DNA of 64,000 nt from Candidatus Woesebacteria bacterium GW2011_GWF1_31_35 (GTDB lineage: Bacteria; Patescibacteriota; Microgenomatia; UBA8517). Location: positions 429,767 to 493,766 of the forward strand of contig CP011214.1 in NCBI GenBank assembly GCA_001029755.1, written 5' to 3'. Below the pieces are notes generated by a model. It was not told the origin of the DNA, did not search any database, and was given only the letters and a program-made list of their open reading frames with translations. Below are positions 60,822 to 64,000 of the stretch, piece after piece. Position 1 is the first letter of the stretch. The number at the start of each line of letters is the position of its first letter. A program made the position numbers and the translations under genes.

Positions 60822-61057
60822 AAAATTTTAGCGTTTTGTTGTGAACACAAAAGGAAAATTCGAGTCAGCGTTTGCGGAGGCGAGGCCAAAGGCCGAGCCG
60901 TAGCGAAGCGGTTAAGAAGTTAGAAATTGCGTACGAATTTTTCGGTATAGCTCTGCCCAAAAGGAAAGATGTGCGGCGCGAGCCGCCGAATTCGGAAGGT
61001 GGCGAGCGGAAAAGAGCGTATCGAAGCCTAAAAAGAAGACCAAAACGCTAAAATTTT
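60822..61057. repeat. Internal inverted attP-like site (X-CTGC-Y, 60874-61028) enclosed by a perfect 17-bp inverted repeat
   Basis: AAAATTTTAGCGTTTTG (60822-60838) / CAAAACGCTAAAATTTT (61041-61057); the interior matches both element ends in reverse complement. Confidence 0.92.
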
Positions 61058-61080
61058 AACTGAAAGAAATTTCTGTCCGT

Positions 61081-62673
61081 ATGACAAAATATATTTGCTA
61101 TTGCCGAAAGAGTACCGATGAAAAAGATAGACAAGTTTTATCTATTGATGGTCAGATGGCTGAATTAAAAGAGTTTGCACAAAGAGAAAAACTTCAAGTC
61201 ATCGATTTTATAACAGAAAGTAAAACCGCAAAGGAGCCGGGTCGGGAAAAGTTTGCCGAAGTATTAAAAAGAATTGAAAAAGGTGAAGCCAACGGGATTT
61301 TATCGTGGCACCCAGATCGTTTGGCTCGAAATAGTATTGACGGTGGCCAAGTTATTTATTTACTAGATACAGGCAAACTTTCTGACTTGAAGTTCCCAAC
61401 TTTTTGGTTTGACAACACTCCTCAAGGAAAGTTTATGCTCAATATTGCTTTTGGACAAAGTAAATATTATGTGGATAGTTTGAGCGAAAATGTTAAGCGT
61501 GGTATTCGAGAGAAGTTAAGGCGTGGAATTTGGCCAAAAGAAGCTCCTTTGGGTTATTTTAACGATCTAAAAACTAAATTGATCGAGGTTGACTCTAAAA
61601 AATCCAAAGTTGTTAAAAAGGCTTTTGAAAAGTTTTGTAATAGCAATATTTCTTTCTCCGAAATTGCTAGATTTATGTACGTAAATGATATCAAAACTAA
61701 AAAAGGTGATTGTTTAAAAGTTGATCAAGTTAAACATATGCTTAGAAATCCATTTTATATTGGCACATTTTTATATTCAGGTGAGTTATATAAAGGCTCT
61801 CACAAAACTTTTATTTCCAAAGCTCTTTTTAACAAAGTCCAAAAGCAAATGGAAAATTTCGCAAGACCAAGGAATAAAGGCCATAACTTTCGTTTTACAG
61901 GGTTTATTAAGTGTGCAGAATGTGGCTCAGCGATCACCGCAGAAACTCACCCTAGGTTTTACAAAAGAACAAATCGGAAAGTCGTGTTTAATTACTATCG
62001 TTGCACAAAAAGTTTGGGGTCATGTGGCCAGAAATATATAACAGATGTAGAACTTGAGAAGCAGATTAGAAATTTGGTACGTAAGACTTCCTTACCAGAA
62101 GAAGGTTATCGAATTTGGCAGAAGTTATTAGAAGAAGACAAAAAGAGTGAAGAGTTATCCGCTTCTCAAAGAAGCATTGAATTAGAATCAAAAATTTCAA
62201 ATCTGGAAGATCAGGAAAATACACTTTTGGACGGGTACTTACAACACATTGTTGAGCCAGAAATTTACAAGAAAAAGAAGAATGAAATTTTTGACAGAAA
62301 ACTAAAATTAAATGATGAAAAAAGCAAAAACGGCGAAAGTGGCGGCGGACGCCTCGAACCTTTTGCAAACTTCATAAAAACGGCGAAAGATGGGGAAGAA
62401 TTGGCGCGCGCAAAAAATAATTTGTCCGAACTTGCGGTTTGGACAAAAAACGCTGGATCGAACTTCTTTTTAGGAGATAAATTATTAAAGCTAACACTCA
62501 AAAAGGGCTTCGATACGCTCTTTTCCACTCGCCACCTTCCGAATTCGGCGGCTCGCGTCGCACATCTTTCCTTTTGGGCAGGGCTGGAGGGAATCGGACC
62601 CCCATTAGAAGATTTGGAGTCTCCCGGTCTACCATTGACCTACAGCCCTAAACAATTGTTAATTATACTTTAA
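61081..62673 (+). CDS. Large serine recombinase/integrase
   Basis: YCRKS catalytic Ser, DRLARN, recombinase domain, CAECG...YYRC Zn ribbon, coiled coil; last 30 aa read through the antisense tRNA-Trp. Confidence 0.96.
   Translation: MTKYICYCRKSTDEKDRQVLSIDGQMAELKEFAQREKLQVIDFITESKTAKEPGREKFAEVLKRIEKGEANGILSWHPDRLARNSIDGGQVIYLLDTGKLSDLKFPTFWFDNTPQGKFMLNIAFGQSKYYVDSLSENVKRGIREKLRRGIWPKEAPLGYFNDLKTKLIEVDSKKSKVVKKAFEKFCNSNISFSEIARFMYVNDIKTKKGDCLKVDQVKHMLRNPFYIGTFLYSGELYKGSHKTFISKALFNKVQKQMENFARPRNKGHNFRFTGFIKCAECGSAITAETHPRFYKRTNRKVVFNYYRCTKSLGSCGQKYITDVELEKQIRNLVRKTSLPEEGYRIWQKLLEEDKKSEELSASQRSIELESKISNLEDQENTLLDGYLQHIVEPEIYKKKKNEIFDRKLKLNDEKSKNGESGGGRLEPFANFIKTAKDGEELARAKNNLSELAVWTKNAGSNFFLGDKLLKLTLKKGFDTLFSTRHLPNSAARVAHLSFWAGLEGIGPPLEDLESPGLPLTYSPKQLLIIL
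62506..62585. repeat. Arm Y (right att junction), inverted repeat of 60949-61028
   Basis: 80 bp with three mismatches by manual alignment (one lies on the tRNA side of the core). Confidence 0.95.
62579..62649 (-). tRNA. tRNA-Trp(CCA)
   Basis: AGGGCTG/CAGCCCT acceptor, GGAGA-CTCCAAA-TCTTC anticodon arm; syntenic between rpmG and secE. Confidence 0.95.
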
Positions 62674-62695
62674 AATAGGGGAATTTGGAAAAAAG

Positions 62696-62947
62696 TTACT
62701 TATGTATGTATTTAAAGGTAATTCTTGCTTTGGAGTTATTTATATGTTTTTCTAGGTTATGTTTTCCATGCTCACTTAGAGCTTTAAAATATAGATATTT
62801 TGAAGAACTTAAAGACCATTCACATTCTGAAATATTACATCCAAAACCTATTAATTTTAAATTTTCATTAGTAAGAGAACGATCTGAAAATCTAATAACA
62901 TCATTTTTCCTGGATTTATGATTTTCTTTCATAGCCTTCTCCTCCAA
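62696..62947 (-). CDS. Small hypothetical protein with a Cys/His motif
   Basis: CNISEC...HGKHNLEKH; overlaps the upstream gene. Confidence 0.5.
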   Translation of the reverse strand: MEEKAMKENHKSRKNDVIRFSDRSLTNENLKLIGFGCNISECEWSLSSSKYLYFKALSEHGKHNLEKHINNSKARITFKYIHK

Positions 62948-63194
62948 TTAATCTACTTTGTTTTTCGCAAGGATCTCCATGAAATTTCCTTAATAAATCT
63001 ATTTTAAATTCTTTTCCATCTATATAAGTAGTTCCGTGATCTATATGACTTCTAACAATCATTCCTTCTCCATCTTTGTAATCATGTGTGACAATTGTTA
63101 TTCCTTTTTTTACTTCAACTTTTGGCATACCGCCCTGAATCTTTATATAATCTTCCTCGGTTGCTGATTTTATTTTAGGTCCTATTAAACTCAT
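62916..63194 (-). CDS. Hypothetical protein
   Basis: 92-aa ORF with ATG start. Confidence 0.6.
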   Translation of the reverse strand: MSLIGPKIKSATEEDYIKIQGGMPKVEVKKGITIVTHDYKDGEGMIVRSHIDHGTTYIDGKEFKIDLLRKFHGDPCEKQSRLIGGEGYERKS

Positions 63195-63260
63195 AGTATT
63201 TGTTTTATTGACTGGATCATTTTAATTCTTTATTACTAAGTAATCAATATTAGCAGTATT

Positions 63261-63485
63261 TTGATTTCAATGATACGTTTTGATATAATCATTTTTATGC
63301 AAGAATTTGGAAGAATATTAGAAGAATTTAAAAGAAGAGGAGGTGTTGTTTTGTCTAATAAACGAGATGTAAATAAAAAAGTTCTTTGTCCTTTAAATTT
63401 TAGTTGCAAGAAAGCAAATACGCCCAAATGTGATATGAATTGTTTAAATCCACAGGTGGAGAGAGCCAGAAGAACAGAAGATTAA
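63261..63485 (+). CDS. Small Cys-rich hypothetical protein
   Basis: CPLNFSC...CDMNC; likely start is ATG 63297. Confidence 0.45.
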   Translation: MISMIRFDIIIFMQEFGRILEEFKRRGGVVLSNKRDVNKKVLCPLNFSCKKANTPKCDMNCLNPQVERARRTED

Positions 63486-63493
63486 GTTTTTAA

Positions 63494-63685
63494 TTATTTT
63501 AACTTTGAAGTTTCTTTGTGGAGAGTTACCTTTTTACATTTTTTACAGTATTTCTTAAGTTCAAGTTTTGAGCCTTTAGTTCCTTTTGTTTCCAGGTTAA
63601 CTTTATTTCTAAAAGTTACATAATTTTGAGCTTTACATATAGGACAAATTAATCCAATCATTTTATCTGCATTCTTTTTTGCCAT
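63494..63685 (-). CDS. rpmG: 50S ribosomal protein L33 (Zn-binding type)
   Basis: CPIC...NY...KLELKKYCKKCKKVTLHKE. Confidence 0.96.
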   Translation of the reverse strand: MAKKNADKMIGLICPICKAQNYVTFRNKVNLETKGTKGSKLELKKYCKKCKKVTLHKETSKLK

Positions 63686-63744
63686 GCGAGTATTTTAACA
63701 TGTATGTTTTGGATAGGGAATAGTTGATTTATATTTTAAACTTG

Positions 63745-63815
63745 AGCCTGGGGAGAGAATCGGACTCTCGTCGCGTCATTACCAATGACGTGCTCTACCA
63801 CTGAGCTATCCAGGC
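63745..63815 (-). tRNA. tRNA-Thr(GGT)
   Basis: GCCTGGA/CCCAGGC acceptor, CGTCA-TTGGTAA-TGACG anticodon arm, GAGAG-TCCGATT-CTCTC T arm. Confidence 0.93.
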
Positions 63816-63837
63816 ATTTGGTACAATGGATTATATC

Positions 63838-64000
63838 ATGCTAGATAAGCTAATTTCTTCAATATTTGTGTTTTTATTATCTCTTGTTCCAACTTTTCCC
63901 AATCAACCCCTTAATGAATTAAAAAATAATCAAACGACTATTATTTTTGTGGGAGACATTATGCTTGGAAGAAGTGTAATGGGGAAAGCTATAGAAGTTG
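63838..64000 (+). CDS. CapA (PGA_cap) family metallophosphatase-like protein, truncated by the window end
   Basis: N-terminal hydrophobic segment then IIFVGDIMLGRSV. Confidence 0.75.
   Translation, partial: MLDKLISSIFVFLLSLVPTFPNQPLNELKNNQTTIIFVGDIMLGRSVMGKAIEV

Larger units (their letters stand above)
58807..62581. mobile_element. Serine-recombinase integrative element at the 3' end of tRNA-Trp
   Basis: GCAG core at both ends (58807-58810, 62578-62581); the arms are defined by an internal inverted copy; higher GC; encodes a large serine recombinase and one cargo gene. Confidence 0.85.

Noticed and set aside
60822-61057. MITE with 17-bp terminal inverted repeats
   Set aside because: No target-site duplication is visible and the interior is the element's own att sequence; no second copy in the window.
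1-64000. Stop-codon reassignment (code 25 or TAG recoding)
   Set aside because: Long conserved genes are intact under code 11, and TGA, TAG and TAA all terminate genuine genes (e.g. uppS and rplA end in TGA).

Overview
Very AT-rich bacterial chromosome segment read with genetic code 11. Gene content and style (minimal metabolism, many glycosyltransferases, a -10 box directly before many start codons, N-terminally extended L1) suggest a CPR/Patescibacteria (Microgenomates-like) genome; this assignment is inference. Left to right: tRNA-Pro and tRNA-Arg; mreB, a WecB/TagA GT, a polyprenyl synthase and an uppS fusion. Then a ~34 kb surface-glycosylation island (GT-C membrane proteins, GT4/GT2, SAM methyltransferases) centred on a 1396-aa protein fusing four HTHs, a processive GT2, a Gly-rich ectodomain and an IPE-TM-basic sorting signal, with an exosortase next door. 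Then an orphan Cache sensor, an ABC exporter, an AbiE toxin-antitoxin pair and a three-ATP-grasp operon. The last third is the tRNA-Thr/rpmG/tRNA-Trp/secE/nusG/rplKAJL cluster, broken up by insertions. The most striking feature is a ~3.8 kb serine-recombinase element (58807-62581) inserted at the 3' end of tRNA-Trp. It carries an internal, inverted, complete copy of its own reconstituted attP just upstream of the recombinase gene, bracketed by a perfect 17-bp inverted repeat. It also has a GC-rich structured non-coding region, and the recombinase C-terminus depends on the recombination state.
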